Translations under genes and position numbers: made by a program
Shown here: one piece after another, positions 13,467 to 23,236 of the stretch
Position numbering within the stretch: the first letter of the stretch is position 1
How the letters are laid out: every line of letters starts with the position of its first letter
Notes under the pieces: generated by a model
What the model was told of the DNA's origin: nothing
The model's input: only the letters and a program-made list of their open reading frames with translations
The model's database searches: none
Origin: Candidatus Janibacter merdipullorum
Lineage (GTDB): Bacteria; Actinomycetota; Actinomycetes; Actinomycetales; Dermatophilaceae
Direction of reading: 5' to 3'
DNA: 64,000 bases
Assembly: GCA_019116945.1 (NCBI GenBank)
Contig: DXAR01000088.1
Span: 1,430 to 65,429 of the forward strand

Positions 13467-14551
13467 CCACGACGACGAAGGGGGCGCTGCCCGCGATCTG
13501 GCCGCGGCGGTTCCGCGTCCTGTCCTCCGGGGCCGGGAGGATCAGCGTCCGCGTCGACGTACGCACCCTGCTCGTGACGCTCGTCCTCGCGCTCGCCACC
13601 GTCCTCCTCTCCGTGTGGTCCCTCGGGGTCGGCTCCGCCGACGGCACCTCGCTGTCGCTCGAGCGGGTCATCGGCGCCTTCACCGGTACCGAGTCCGAGG
13701 TGGTCCGTCGGATCGTCGTCGAGGGGAGACTGCCGCGGGTACTCGTCGCGGTCCTCGGGGGAGCCGCCCTCGCGCTGAGCGGGGCGATCTTCCAGACCCT
13801 GACGCGCAACCCCCTGGGCAGCCCGGACATCATCGGCTTCACGAGTGGCGCCAACACCGGAGCGCTCGTCGCGATGCTCGTCCTCGGCTCCGGGTACGCG
13901 GGGGCGACCGTCGGATCCCTCGTCGGCGGCCTCCTCACCGGTCTCGTCATCTACCTCCTCGCCCTCAAGGACGGTGTGCACGGCACGAAGCTCATCGTCG
14001 TCGGGATCGGCGTCAGCGCCATGCTCGTCGCCTTCAACGGCTTCCTGCTCGTTCGCGCTCGGGTGGAGAATGCCGCGTCCGCGGCGGCGTGGGGCCAGGG
14101 CATCTTCGACCAGCTGCGCTTCGTGGACGTCGTCGCCGTCGCTATCGTCCTCCTCGTGCTCCTGCCCGCGCTCGCCGCCCTCACCCCGAGCCTGCGCATG
14201 TTCGAGCTCGGCGAGGACGCCGCCCGGAGCAAGGGGGTGGACACCGGTCGGGTCCAGCTCCTCCTCCTCGTCGTCGGTGTCGGGCTCGTCGCGGCGGTCA
14301 CGGCGGTCGCCGGACCCATCGCCTTCGTCGCTCTCATCGCACCCCAGGTGGGCAAGCGGATCGCTCGCAGCGCGGGGATCCCGCTGCTCACCACGGCAGC
14401 CGTTGGGGCCTCCCTGCTCGTCCTCTGCGACGCCCTGGCGCGGACGATGCTCGCCCCGGTCCAGCTGCCGGTCGGTGTCGTCACGACCGCCCTCGGCGGC
14501 GTCTACCTCCTCGGCCTCCTGCTGGCCCAGTCCCGGAGGGTGGCGTCGTGA
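13463..14551 (+). CDS. FecCD family iron-siderophore ABC permease (second subunit)
   Basis: RLPRVLVA, QTLTRNPLGSPDIIGF, GPIAFVALIAP. GTGA overlap with the previous gene. Confidence 0.9.
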   Translation: MTTTTKGALPAIWPRRFRVLSSGAGRISVRVDVRTLLVTLVLALATVLLSVWSLGVGSADGTSLSLERVIGAFTGTESEVVRRIVVEGRLPRVLVAVLGGAALALSGAIFQTLTRNPLGSPDIIGFTSGANTGALVAMLVLGSGYAGATVGSLVGGLLTGLVIYLLALKDGVHGTKLIVVGIGVSAMLVAFNGFLLVRARVENAASAAAWGQGIFDQLRFVDVVAVAIVLLVLLPALAALTPSLRMFELGEDAARSKGVDTGRVQLLLLVVGVGLVAAVTAVAGPIAFVALIAPQVGKRIARSAGIPLLTTAAVGASLLVLCDALARTMLAPVQLPVGVVTTALGGVYLLGLLLAQSRRVAS

Positions 14552-15384
14552 CCTCCCGCCTGCAGACGGAGGCGATGGGGGCCGGGTACGAGGGCCGCGC
14601 GGTTCTCGACGGACTCGACGTCGAGATCCCGGACGGGTCCTTCACGGTGATCGTCGGGCCCAATGCGTGCGGCAAGTCCACGCTCCTTCGAGCCCTCTCC
14701 CGCCTGCTGCGACCGACGGAGGGGAGCGTGCTCCTCGACGGCAAGGACGTCCAGCGCTACGGCGGCAAGGCCTTCGCCCAGGAGCTCGGCCTGCTGCCGC
14801 AGCAGTCGATCGCCCCCGAGGGCATCACCGTCGTCGACCTCGTCTCGCGCGGGCGGTTCCCCTACCAGCGGATATTCCGCCAGTGGACCGACGAGGACGA
14901 GCGGGCGGTGCGCAGCGCCCTCGAGGCGACCCAGCTCGTCGAGCTCTCCACCCGCCCGCTCGAGACCCTCTCCGGGGGCCAGCGGCAACGCGTGTGGATC
15001 GCGATGGCGCTCAGCCAGGAGACGCCGATCCTCCTCCTCGACGAGCCGACGACCTACCTCGACCTCGCCCACCAGCTCGAGATCCTCGACCTGTGCGCGG
15101 CCCTCAACCGCGAGGGCCGTACCCTCGTCGCGGTGCTGCACGACATCAACCAGGCGGCGCGCTACGCCAACCACCTCATCGCCATGCGCGGTGGGGCGGT
15201 CGTGGCCGAGGGCGCTCCGCGCGAGGTCGTCACCGAGGCCCTGGTCCACGCGGTCTTCGGTGTCCGCGCACGCGTCATCGACGACCCCGAGTCCGGAACA
15301 CCGATGGTCATCCCACGCGCCTCCGGTGCCATCAGCCCTGCTGAGCTTCCCGGGGACACCGTCACCGCCCGCTCCACCTCCTGA
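14548..15384 (+). CDS. Iron-siderophore ABC transporter ATP-binding protein (FecE/FepC-like)
   Basis: GPNACGKST, LSGGQRQR, LLLDEPTTYLD, VLHDINQA. Confidence 0.92.
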   Translation: MTSRLQTEAMGAGYEGRAVLDGLDVEIPDGSFTVIVGPNACGKSTLLRALSRLLRPTEGSVLLDGKDVQRYGGKAFAQELGLLPQQSIAPEGITVVDLVSRGRFPYQRIFRQWTDEDERAVRSALEATQLVELSTRPLETLSGGQRQRVWIAMALSQETPILLLDEPTTYLDLAHQLEILDLCAALNREGRTLVAVLHDINQAARYANHLIAMRGGAVVAEGAPREVVTEALVHAVFGVRARVIDDPESGTPMVIPRASGAISPAELPGDTVTARSTS

Positions 15385-15412
15385 TCCATCCACCCCTGAA
15401 GAAGGACACCCC

Positions 15413-16417
15413 ATGCGCCCCCTCCACCGTCTCTTCCTCGCCCCGGCCCTCGTCATCGGCCTCGCGATCGTCTCTGCCTGCGGGTCCTCGGAGAGCAGCG
15501 GCGGCGACGAGGGAGAGGTCGTCGGCGCGGTCGAGCGAGGCCCCGAGAAGGAGGTCCGTCAGAGCGGGGAGACCCTTAAGGTCGTCGCGTTGGGCTGGTC
15601 CGACGGTGAGATCGCCGCCGACCTCGGCGTCGTCCCTGAGGCCATCTACGACTGGCAGGGACACGGTGAGGACGCCAAGGGTGTGGGCCCGTGGGCGGAG
15701 GACTCCGTCAGCGACGCCGACATCGAGGTCATCAAGAACTCCGGCGCGACGTACAACTACGAGCAGATCGAGCTCATGGAGCCCGACCTCATCCTCAACG
15801 TGCGCGCGGCGAGCGACGAGAAGGTCTTCAACCGCCTCTCGAAGATCGCTCCCGTCGCCTCGGCACCGAAGGACGCACCGGACTTCGCCGTCGACTGGCG
15901 CACCCAGACCGAGATCATCGGCGAGGCGCTCGGCAAGGAGGAGGAGGCCAAGGAGGCCATCGACAAGACCGACAAGGTCATCCGGGCGACCGCGGGTGAC
16001 TACCCGCAGTTCGAGGGCAAGACCTTCGCCTACGGCGCCAAGTTCGGCGACGCCTACGGCGGTTACGTCAAGGGTGACGCCCGCTTCGACGTCTTCGGCG
16101 AGCTCGGCTTCGTCGAGAACCCCGCCCTGGCCAAGCTCACGCCGAGCGGTGGCTTCTTCGCCAACGTCGCCGCCGAGCAGGTCACGGCCCTCGACGCCGA
16201 CGTCGCCGTCCTCACGACGATCGCGCTGCCGAAGAAGGACCTCGAGTCGGACAAGAAGATCACCTCCCTCGACGTCGTCAAGGACGACCGGGCGATCATC
16301 CTCGACGAGAAGGACGAGGTGAACGCCGCCCTCGCCGCCGGCACTCCCCAGTCGATCGCCCTCGCCGTCGAGGAGATCGCGCCCGACCTGGACAAGGCCG
16401 CCGGCAAGGTCGAGTGA
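15413..16417 (+). CDS. Iron-siderophore ABC substrate-binding lipoprotein
   Basis: Lipobox VSAC after a hydrophobic signal; YEQIELMEPDLIL and LSKIAPV motifs of the periplasmic-binding family. Confidence 0.88.
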   Translation: MRPLHRLFLAPALVIGLAIVSACGSSESSGGDEGEVVGAVERGPEKEVRQSGETLKVVALGWSDGEIAADLGVVPEAIYDWQGHGEDAKGVGPWAEDSVSDADIEVIKNSGATYNYEQIELMEPDLILNVRAASDEKVFNRLSKIAPVASAPKDAPDFAVDWRTQTEIIGEALGKEEEAKEAIDKTDKVIRATAGDYPQFEGKTFAYGAKFGDAYGGYVKGDARFDVFGELGFVENPALAKLTPSGGFFANVAAEQVTALDADVAVLTTIALPKKDLESDKKITSLDVVKDDRAIILDEKDEVNAALAAGTPQSIALAVEEIAPDLDKAAGKVE

Positions 16418-16418
16418 C

Positions 16419-17246
16419 TCAGCGCCGCTCCTCGAGCATCCGCTTCTGGACCCGCCGCCCCTGGGCGGTCATGAGCGGCAGGGTCGCCAGGCCGAGGGAG
16501 GGGACGACGTCGCCGAGCCGGCACAGAGCACCCCGCCATCCGGGCACGGCCGTCACCAGACGTGGGCGGTCGAGCACCCGTCCGACCGCCTCGACGACCT
16601 CCGCCGGCTGGAGCAGCTTGCCGGAGAAGGAGAGCGCGGCCCCCGGGTCGTCGAGTCGGTCGTGGAGCATCGGCGTCCAGATCCCGTCGGGGCAGACGCA
16701 CGAGATGTCGATGTCGGTGACCTTGTCGGCGCGCAGGTCCGCGATCGCGCTGAGGCTGAAGCCCATGACTGCGTGCTTCGAGGCCGCGTAGACACCCTCG
16801 CCCGGGACGGACGTGATGCCCGCGAGCGAGGCGATGTTGACGATGTGGCCTCCGCCGGCACCGCGCATCGCCTCGATGGCGGCCAGGGTGCCGTTCATCG
16901 TGCCGAGGGCGTTGACCTCGAGGGTCAGCCGGCGCTGGTCCTCGTCCTGCTGCCAGACGGGGCCGGTGAAGAGGACGCCGGCGTTGTTGACCCAGACGTC
17001 GAGCCGATCGGCGAGCGCGATGATCCGGTCGCGGGCACGGTGGACGGCCGCCTCGTCCCGGACGTCCACGACGAGCGCCTCGGCCCGGTCACCGAGCTCG
17101 GCCGCGGCTCCCTTCGCCGCGGACTCGTCGACGTCCGTGAGCAGCACGGTGTGGCCGCGCTCGACGAGGAGCCCGGCGATGAGCCGGCCGAGACCCCGAC
17201 CGGCGCCGGTGACGACGGCCCCGGCGGGAGCCGCGGGCGCGTTCAT
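16419..17246 (-). CDS. SDR family oxidoreductase
   Basis: TGAGRGLG, NNAG, YAASK. Confidence 0.9.
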   Translation of the reverse strand: MNAPAAPAGAVVTGAGRGLGRLIAGLLVERGHTVLLTDVDESAAKGAAAELGDRAEALVVDVRDEAAVHRARDRIIALADRLDVWVNNAGVLFTGPVWQQDEDQRRLTLEVNALGTMNGTLAAIEAMRGAGGGHIVNIASLAGITSVPGEGVYAASKHAVMGFSLSAIADLRADKVTDIDISCVCPDGIWTPMLHDRLDDPGAALSFSGKLLQPAEVVEAVGRVLDRPRLVTAVPGWRGALCRLGDVVPSLGLATLPLMTAQGRRVQKRMLEERR

Positions 17247-18367
17247 CGACCCGCCCGGATCGTGCCGTAGTCGATCCCACCGTGGTGGTAGGTCGGCACG
17301 ATCGGCCAGAAGCGCTTCCAGGGAGCCAGCTCGCTCGAGGGCAGGATCTGCAGCCAGCGGGGATCCGTCACCGACGGGTCGGCGAGGGTCTTCTCCTTGA
17401 TCATCGAGTCGTACTGGTCGAGGGAGTCCTCGAGGGTGTTGCCGTTCGGGCAGATCTCGCGGCCGTACTGCCGGTGGTAGAGCCGCACCCCCGGAATCTT
17501 CGACTGCTCGGGCTGCCAGTTGTCCAGCGCGATGCCGTTCTCCGACGAGACCCACACCCCGTCAGGGGTGTTGACGACGAGCGAGTGGTTGCCGTCGGTG
17601 TGGCCGGGTGTCCACAACAGGGCCACACCGGGGCCGAGCTCGATGTCCCCCTCGAAGGTCGCGAACTTGTCCATGTCGACGCCCTCGAGGCTGCCCTCGA
17701 CGTACCACGCCCACTGCATCGGGTGGAGCGACTGCAGGGTGGCCAGCTCGCGGGTGTTGACGAGCATGCGGGCGTCACCGAAGATCGGCTGCCGAGTCCT
17801 CGTCTCACCGGGGATGAGCGCCGAGGAGCCGAGGATCATCCGAGGGTCCTGCACGTGCAGGTGGTCGAAGGCGCAGAAGTCGATGTCAGCGGGGGTCAGG
17901 CCGACGGCGGCGAGGACGTCCTCCGGCTCGTTGTAGTAGTTGACGATGACCTTCTCGGCCCGGTTGGCGTAGGGGATCTTGTTCGTCAGGCGCTGCAGCT
18001 TGCTGAAGAAGGGGGCCTGCGCCGAACCCTCGGGGACCGTCGGCTCGAAAACGAGGGTGCGGGGGCGCCCGTCCCAGTCCTCGTACTGGACGACGACCAT
18101 CCGGTTGATGATCGGGATGAGCGGGCTGTGCGGCACTGCGACCGCGGTGTTGAATCCGTACTTCACCGGGTAGGGCGCGGAGGCGATGTCCACGGACTTC
18201 ACCGCGGTCACCTGGCCCTCGCGCTTGAACCGCTCCTTGTAGGTCCTGGCCGCCTCGCCGACGGCGGTGAGGCGGTCACCCCGGGGCCACACCTCGTGCA
18301 CACCGTCGAACTCGGGGATGGAGCGAGCACCGATCGACGCGAGGTCGGTGCGGGTCTGGGTCGTCAT
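17243..18367 (-). CDS. Metallo-beta-lactamase-fold protein with atypical motif 2, function unknown
   Basis: FDHLHVQD and TPGHTDGNH motifs. AGGAGG lies 6 nt before the ATG. Translationally coupled to the SDR gene. Confidence 0.65.
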   Translation of the reverse strand: MTTQTRTDLASIGARSIPEFDGVHEVWPRGDRLTAVGEAARTYKERFKREGQVTAVKSVDIASAPYPVKYGFNTAVAVPHSPLIPIINRMVVVQYEDWDGRPRTLVFEPTVPEGSAQAPFFSKLQRLTNKIPYANRAEKVIVNYYNEPEDVLAAVGLTPADIDFCAFDHLHVQDPRMILGSSALIPGETRTRQPIFGDARMLVNTRELATLQSLHPMQWAWYVEGSLEGVDMDKFATFEGDIELGPGVALLWTPGHTDGNHSLVVNTPDGVWVSSENGIALDNWQPEQSKIPGVRLYHRQYGREICPNGNTLEDSLDQYDSMIKEKTLADPSVTDPRWLQILPSSELAPWKRFWPIVPTYHHGGIDYGTIRAGR

Positions 18368-18439
18368 GAACATCCTCCTGGTACGGAGCGTGGGGCGAGA
18401 ACCACCCACGATGGCCGATGTCCGTCCCTCGTACTTGAC

Positions 18440-19492
18440 TCAGGACGACACGGTGGGCCCTGTGCGCCGGAGCTCACGCGGGCTCATCCCCGACCAGCGG
18501 CGCACGGCCCGGCTCAGGGCGCTCTGCTGGCTCAGGCCGATGAGGGCCGCCACCTGGACGAAGGGGATGTCCGTGGCGGTGATGTAGTGGGTGGCCGCCG
18601 TCCGACGCACGTCGTCGAGGATGACGTCGAAGCTCGTGCCCTCGGCGACGAGCCGACGCTGCAGGGTCCGTGGGTGGACCCCGAGCACCCGGGCGACATG
18701 GGCGAGCGAGGCCGGAGCGGTGCCCATCCCGTCGGCGAGCGCGCGACGCACCCGGACGGCCACCTGCAGATCGGGCCGAGGATGCTCCCGGGTGAGGTGG
18801 TCGAGCGTGACCTGACGGATCGTCGCGTCCGCATCGGCGAAGGTCCGGTCCAGGACGTGGTGATCGACACGCAGCGCCGCGACCGTCCCGTCGAAGCGGA
18901 CGTCGACCCCGAAGTGCTCGATGTAGCGGGAGACGGGGGAGAGGGGTGGGTGAGGCAGCTCGACGGACCGCAGTCCGGTGCTCTCCCCGAGGAGGGCCAC
19001 CGAGATGCGGTGCAGGAGCGCGATGCCCAGCTCGGTCGCCTGCGGCGAGTAGGGCGACTCCCGGAGGGACTTGCGGTAGGTCACGGCGACGACACCCCGC
19101 GCGCCACGGGGATCGTCCTCGACGCCGATGTGCAGAGCCGGACTGTGCACGAAGAGGAAGCGACTGGCCAGCCCGAGGGCCTCGCCCACGGACTCCGAGG
19201 CCTCGATCGCCACGGCGAGCGGCCCGAGGACGCTCAGGTCCTGCCCCTCGGCCAGGCGCAGGCCGAGATCGGGGCAGCCCAGTTCCTCGGCCGCCGTGTC
19301 GAGCATGAGGTCGTGCGTCGTGATGGGGATGAGGCCGTCATCCCGCGTGAGCGCGTCGACGGGTATCCCGAAGCGCTCGAGGAGCTCCTCGGGTCGTCCA
19401 CCGAGCGCCTCGACGAGCGGGACCAAGCCCCGCAGGCTCGCCGCCCGGATGACACCGGTGTCACCGGTGCGCGCGGTCGGGCTCGGCTCCAT
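18440..19492 (-). CDS. AraC family transcriptional regulator (VirS/OruR type)
   Basis: C-terminal VARVLGVHPRTLQRRL and SQQSALSRAVRRWSG; N-terminal AAEELGCPDLGLRLA domain. Confidence 0.88.
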   Translation of the reverse strand: MEPSPTARTGDTGVIRAASLRGLVPLVEALGGRPEELLERFGIPVDALTRDDGLIPITTHDLMLDTAAEELGCPDLGLRLAEGQDLSVLGPLAVAIEASESVGEALGLASRFLFVHSPALHIGVEDDPRGARGVVAVTYRKSLRESPYSPQATELGIALLHRISVALLGESTGLRSVELPHPPLSPVSRYIEHFGVDVRFDGTVAALRVDHHVLDRTFADADATIRQVTLDHLTREHPRPDLQVAVRVRRALADGMGTAPASLAHVARVLGVHPRTLQRRLVAEGTSFDVILDDVRRTAATHYITATDIPFVQVAALIGLSQQSALSRAVRRWSGMSPRELRRTGPTVSS

Positions 19493-19518
19493 CCCTGCAG
19501 TCTGCACCGGATCCGGCG

Positions 19519-20946
19519 TCAGAGGACGATGCTCTGCGGGTCGTACGTCCGGCGCACCCGGACGAGGCGGTCGGTGTTGGTGCCGAGGTACTCGCGCAGC
19601 GGCCGCCCCGACTCGACGTAGCCGAGGTAGCCGCCGCGGGATCGGCTCCCCACGAGGTCGTGTGCCTGCGCCACCCAGCCCTGGGCGGCGGCGTACTGGT
19701 CGGAGGTGGGCGAGCTCGACATGCCCACGTACCACTGGATGCTCGCCGCCTCCTCGCGCCAGGGGAAGGCGGTGTCCCCCTTCGCCACGTCTGCGACCGC
19801 GCCGTCGAGGGGGTCGAGGATCGCCGAGGCGCTCATCCCCTTCGGGACGGACCGCATCGCCTCCTCGACGGCGCCGGCGGCACCCGTCGTGACGAGCGAG
19901 AGGACGTCCGAGCCGGCGACGATGCGGGTGCGATCCGTCGTGCTGCCGCCACCGAGGTACGTCACGCCGTCGAGGTAGGAGCGGGTGGTCGTGCTCGTCC
20001 TCGTCGGCGTGATGCCGACGGCCTTGCGAAGGGAGTCGGCCCGCGCCTTCTCCTTCCCCGCCGGGCAGACGCCGAAGAGCCGCACGGACAGCGACCCGCC
20101 GGCCGAGTCGACGTGGGCATTGGCCCAGGTGTCGCCGGGCTGTTCCTTCATCCACGAGCCCCAGGCGCGAACCACGGCCGTCGCCTTCGACGAGGGGAAG
20201 GTCAGGCTGAAGAACCCACGCCGCGGGGCGCCGACGGTGCGATAGGTCAGTGAGGTGACGATGCCGACGCCCGGCCCGCCGCCGCGGAGCGACCAGAAGA
20301 GGTCGGGGTCGCGGTCGGCGTCCACGTAGCGGATCCGACCGCGGCCGTCGACGACGATCGCCCGGACGAGACGGTCCGAGGTCAGGCCGACCCGCCGAGA
20401 GTCGACGCCGAGTCCGCCGACGAGGCTCAGGCCCGCGGTCCCCACCGTGGGGCAGGTCCCGGTCGGGATGGAGCGACCCTCCGCCGCCAGCGCGGTGTGG
20501 ACGGCGTAGAGCTGGGCGCCGGCCGCGACGGTGGCCTGGGTGCGGCCGGGGGTGAGACTCACCCCGCGCATGCTCCGGGTGTCGATGACGAGGCCGCCGG
20601 TGGTCGCCGAGGCTCCGGTGTAGGAGTGCCCGCCGGAGCGCCCGGTGACCTTGAGGCCGTGGTCGCGCGCGAACTCGATGCACGTCGCGACGTCCTGGGT
20701 CAGCAGGGTCCGGGCGACGGCGGCGGGCCGTCGGAAGTCCCAGCGGGGGTCGAAGAGGGGCGCCTGACTGCGGTAGTTGGCACTGCCCGGAAGGGCGATG
20801 CTCCCGCGGATGGTCCGGTCGAGGTCGGCCCAGTCGGCAGCACTCGGTCCCGATGCGGTCGGGGCGGCACTGGCGACGGGGTCCAGGGTGGCGACGACGG
20901 GGAGCGCTGCCCCGGCGCCGATGACGGTTCGGCGAGTGATGTCCAT
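19519..20946 (-). CDS. FAD-binding oxidoreductase (berberine bridge enzyme-like), probable Tat substrate
   Basis: TRRTVIG twin-arginine signal, RSGGHSY flavinylation motif, LFWSLRGGG, C-terminal BBE-like RRTYDP. Confidence 0.85.
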   Translation of the reverse strand: MDITRRTVIGAGAALPVVATLDPVASAAPTASGPSAADWADLDRTIRGSIALPGSANYRSQAPLFDPRWDFRRPAAVARTLLTQDVATCIEFARDHGLKVTGRSGGHSYTGASATTGGLVIDTRSMRGVSLTPGRTQATVAAGAQLYAVHTALAAEGRSIPTGTCPTVGTAGLSLVGGLGVDSRRVGLTSDRLVRAIVVDGRGRIRYVDADRDPDLFWSLRGGGPGVGIVTSLTYRTVGAPRRGFFSLTFPSSKATAVVRAWGSWMKEQPGDTWANAHVDSAGGSLSVRLFGVCPAGKEKARADSLRKAVGITPTRTSTTTRSYLDGVTYLGGGSTTDRTRIVAGSDVLSLVTTGAAGAVEEAMRSVPKGMSASAILDPLDGAVADVAKGDTAFPWREEAASIQWYVGMSSSPTSDQYAAAQGWVAQAHDLVGSRSRGGYLGYVESGRPLREYLGTNTDRLVRVRRTYDPQSIVL

Positions 20947-21031
20947 GTGGGGGCAGACGCCGGTGGGGGTGAGTCGGTTCGGGGCTTGATGGAGCCGTGA
21001 CCTGCTGTTCGCTTGGTCGTGACGTGGTCGG

Positions 21032-21802
21032 TCAGTTCGCGTCGAGGAGAAGCGACCGGGTCGGCGCGTCGGCAGGGTGCAGGACCTCGATGGCCAGCTC
21101 CGAGAGGGTGACCTCCTGGGGTGTGCCGAAGACGGTGGTCGTGCTGACGAAGGAGAGCACCTGCTCGCCGGAGCGGAAGAGGAGGGGCACGAGCAGGTCC
21201 GGTGGAGGAGAAGAGTCCTCGCCCCACGTGGACCCGTCGTCCTCGCCGATGTCCCGCAGGAGGGCATCGAGCCGCGGGTCGGAGCTGAGGTCGCGCTCGC
21301 GACGGATCCGGTGGACGAGGTGCTCGCGCCACTGGTCCAGGTTGACGATGCGCGGAGCCAGGCCGTCGGGATGGAGGCTCAGCCGGATGACATTCACCGG
21401 CGGCTCGAGCAGGTGCTCGGCCACGCCGTCGAGCAGCGGGTAGAGGGCGTCGTTGGCGGACACGAGGTCCCATCCCCGGTCCACCACGAGGGCGGGGAAG
21501 GGCTCGTGGGCCCGGAGGATGCCCTCGATGGCCTCGCTGACGTGGCTCATGGACACATCCGTCAGGGCGCGCTCCGGGTGGGCGGGTGCGTGGCCGGCCG
21601 TGACGAGGACGCGGTTCTGCTCGCGCAGGGGCACGTCGAGGTGAGCACACAGCCGGAGGACGAGCGCGCTGCTCGGGCGGGACCGCCCCGTCTCGACGAA
21701 GCTCAGGTGCCGGGTCGAGACGCCCACCCGGTGGGAGAGCTCGAGCTGCGAGAGGTGCCGTCGCCGACGCCACTCCCGAAGGGACCTCCCTGCCTCGCTC
21801 AT
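21032..21802 (-). CDS. XRE-family HTH regulator with MmyB-like ligand-binding domain
   Basis: LSQLELSHRVGVSTRHLSFVETGRSRPS; HEPFPALVVDRGWDLV. Confidence 0.88.
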   Translation of the reverse strand: MSEAGRSLREWRRRRHLSQLELSHRVGVSTRHLSFVETGRSRPSSALVLRLCAHLDVPLREQNRVLVTAGHAPAHPERALTDVSMSHVSEAIEGILRAHEPFPALVVDRGWDLVSANDALYPLLDGVAEHLLEPPVNVIRLSLHPDGLAPRIVNLDQWREHLVHRIRRERDLSSDPRLDALLRDIGEDDGSTWGEDSSPPPDLLVPLLFRSGEQVLSFVSTTTVFGTPQEVTLSELAIEVLHPADAPTRSLLLDAN

Positions 21803-21908
21803 GTGGGGACATTACCCAGCAGGTCATCGCCGGGACGAGCGAATTGTCGTTGGCTGGTCCGACCACACACCGCGGGCCCAGATGGCCCGGAGACCACGAG
21901 GAGAGACC

Positions 21909-22265
21909 ATGACGACGGCACCGGCCTACGCGATCGGCTACCTGCGGGACGTCCGCTTCGGCGACGACATCATCGAGTACATGGAGCGGTTCGACTCGAC
22001 CCTCGCTCCCTTCGGCGGGGAGTTCATCGTCCACGGCGGCGCACTGTCACCGCGCGAAGGGGAGTGGGACGGCGACGTCATCATCATCCGGTTCCCCAGT
22101 GTCGAAGCCGCCACCAGCTGGTACGACTCACCGGCGTACCAGGCCATCGTGCCCCTGCGCACCGCCAACTCCGAAGGGGTCGTCACCATCGTCGAGGGAG
22201 TGCTGCCCGGACACCGCGGCGTCGACAAGTTGGCGGAGCTGCTGGCGTCGAGCCCCAGCGCCTGA
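21909..22265 (+). CDS. DUF1330 domain protein
   Basis: FGGEFIVHGG...EGEWDGDVIIIRFPSVEAATSWYDSPAYQ. Confidence 0.85.
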   Translation: MTTAPAYAIGYLRDVRFGDDIIEYMERFDSTLAPFGGEFIVHGGALSPREGEWDGDVIIIRFPSVEAATSWYDSPAYQAIVPLRTANSEGVVTIVEGVLPGHRGVDKLAELLASSPSA

Positions 22266-22313
22266 CGACGAAAGTCCGTTGCCGCCACCTGGTCCGTCTG
22301 CTCGACTCCGGAC

Positions 22314-23216
22314 ATGAACGTCACCGTGGACACCCCGGACGCGAGCGAGCTGGCTGATCTCGTGCAGGTGCTGGGGGAGTGGCATCGCGAGGGCGGCCCC
22401 TTCCAGCTGCACCCGGGGGACGTGGGGTGGTTCGGCTGGCACGGGGACGATGTCACGGCCCGGGCGCTGCGGGTATGGCGCCGAAGGGAGCAGCCGGTCG
22501 CGATCGGTCTCCTCGATGGGCCCGGTCTGCTCCGGTTGGGCATCGCACCCCATGCCATGGAGGACGGGGACATCGCGGCGGTCGTGGCCGCTGACATCGG
22601 CCACGAGGACGGGCGTGTGCTCCCCGCCGGGGACGCCGACGTCGAGGCACCGTCGACCGCGGCCCTGCGCGACGCACTCGTCGTCTCCGGGTGGACGAAG
22701 GGGGACCCGTGGACCCACCTTCGGCATGACCTCACCGACCCGGTCGAGGTCATCGGCCAGCTGCGGGTGCAGATCGTCGACGAGCGAACTGTCCACGCGC
22801 GCACCGCCGTTCACCGCGCGGCCTTCGGCAGCGACCGCTTCACGGTCGACCGCTGGCACGCCGTCGCCGCCGGCCCGGCGTATGCCTCGGCGCGCTGCCT
22901 GCTCGGGTGGAGCGGGGACGACGCGGTGGCCGCGGTGACGGTGTGGTCGGCAGGGGAGGGGAGGCCTGGCATCGTCGAGCCGATGGGCGTGCACCCCGAC
23001 CACCGAGGCCGTGGTCACGGAGCCGCGATGAGCGCAGCGGGTGCCTCGGTCCTGCGTGAGTTCGGTGCGTCGAGCGTCGTGGTCGGCACCCCGACGAGCA
23101 ACGCCGGAGCGGTAGCGACCTACGTGGCCGCCGGCTTCGCGCCCTTCGCCGAGGTCGCCGACCTGCGGCGCGCGGAGGCGAAGGGAAGACACGAGGACCC
23201 GACGCGAGTACCTTGA
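22314..23216 (+). CDS. GNAT family N-acetyltransferase
   Basis: C-terminal EPMGVHPDHRGRGHG ... NAGAVATYVAAGF. Confidence 0.8.
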   Translation: MNVTVDTPDASELADLVQVLGEWHREGGPFQLHPGDVGWFGWHGDDVTARALRVWRRREQPVAIGLLDGPGLLRLGIAPHAMEDGDIAAVVAADIGHEDGRVLPAGDADVEAPSTAALRDALVVSGWTKGDPWTHLRHDLTDPVEVIGQLRVQIVDERTVHARTAVHRAAFGSDRFTVDRWHAVAAGPAYASARCLLGWSGDDAVAAVTVWSAGEGRPGIVEPMGVHPDHRGRGHGAAMSAAGASVLREFGASSVVVGTPTSNAGAVATYVAAGFAPFAEVADLRRAEAKGRHEDPTRVP

Positions 23217-23236
23217 CCAACAAGGTGGTGATCCAG

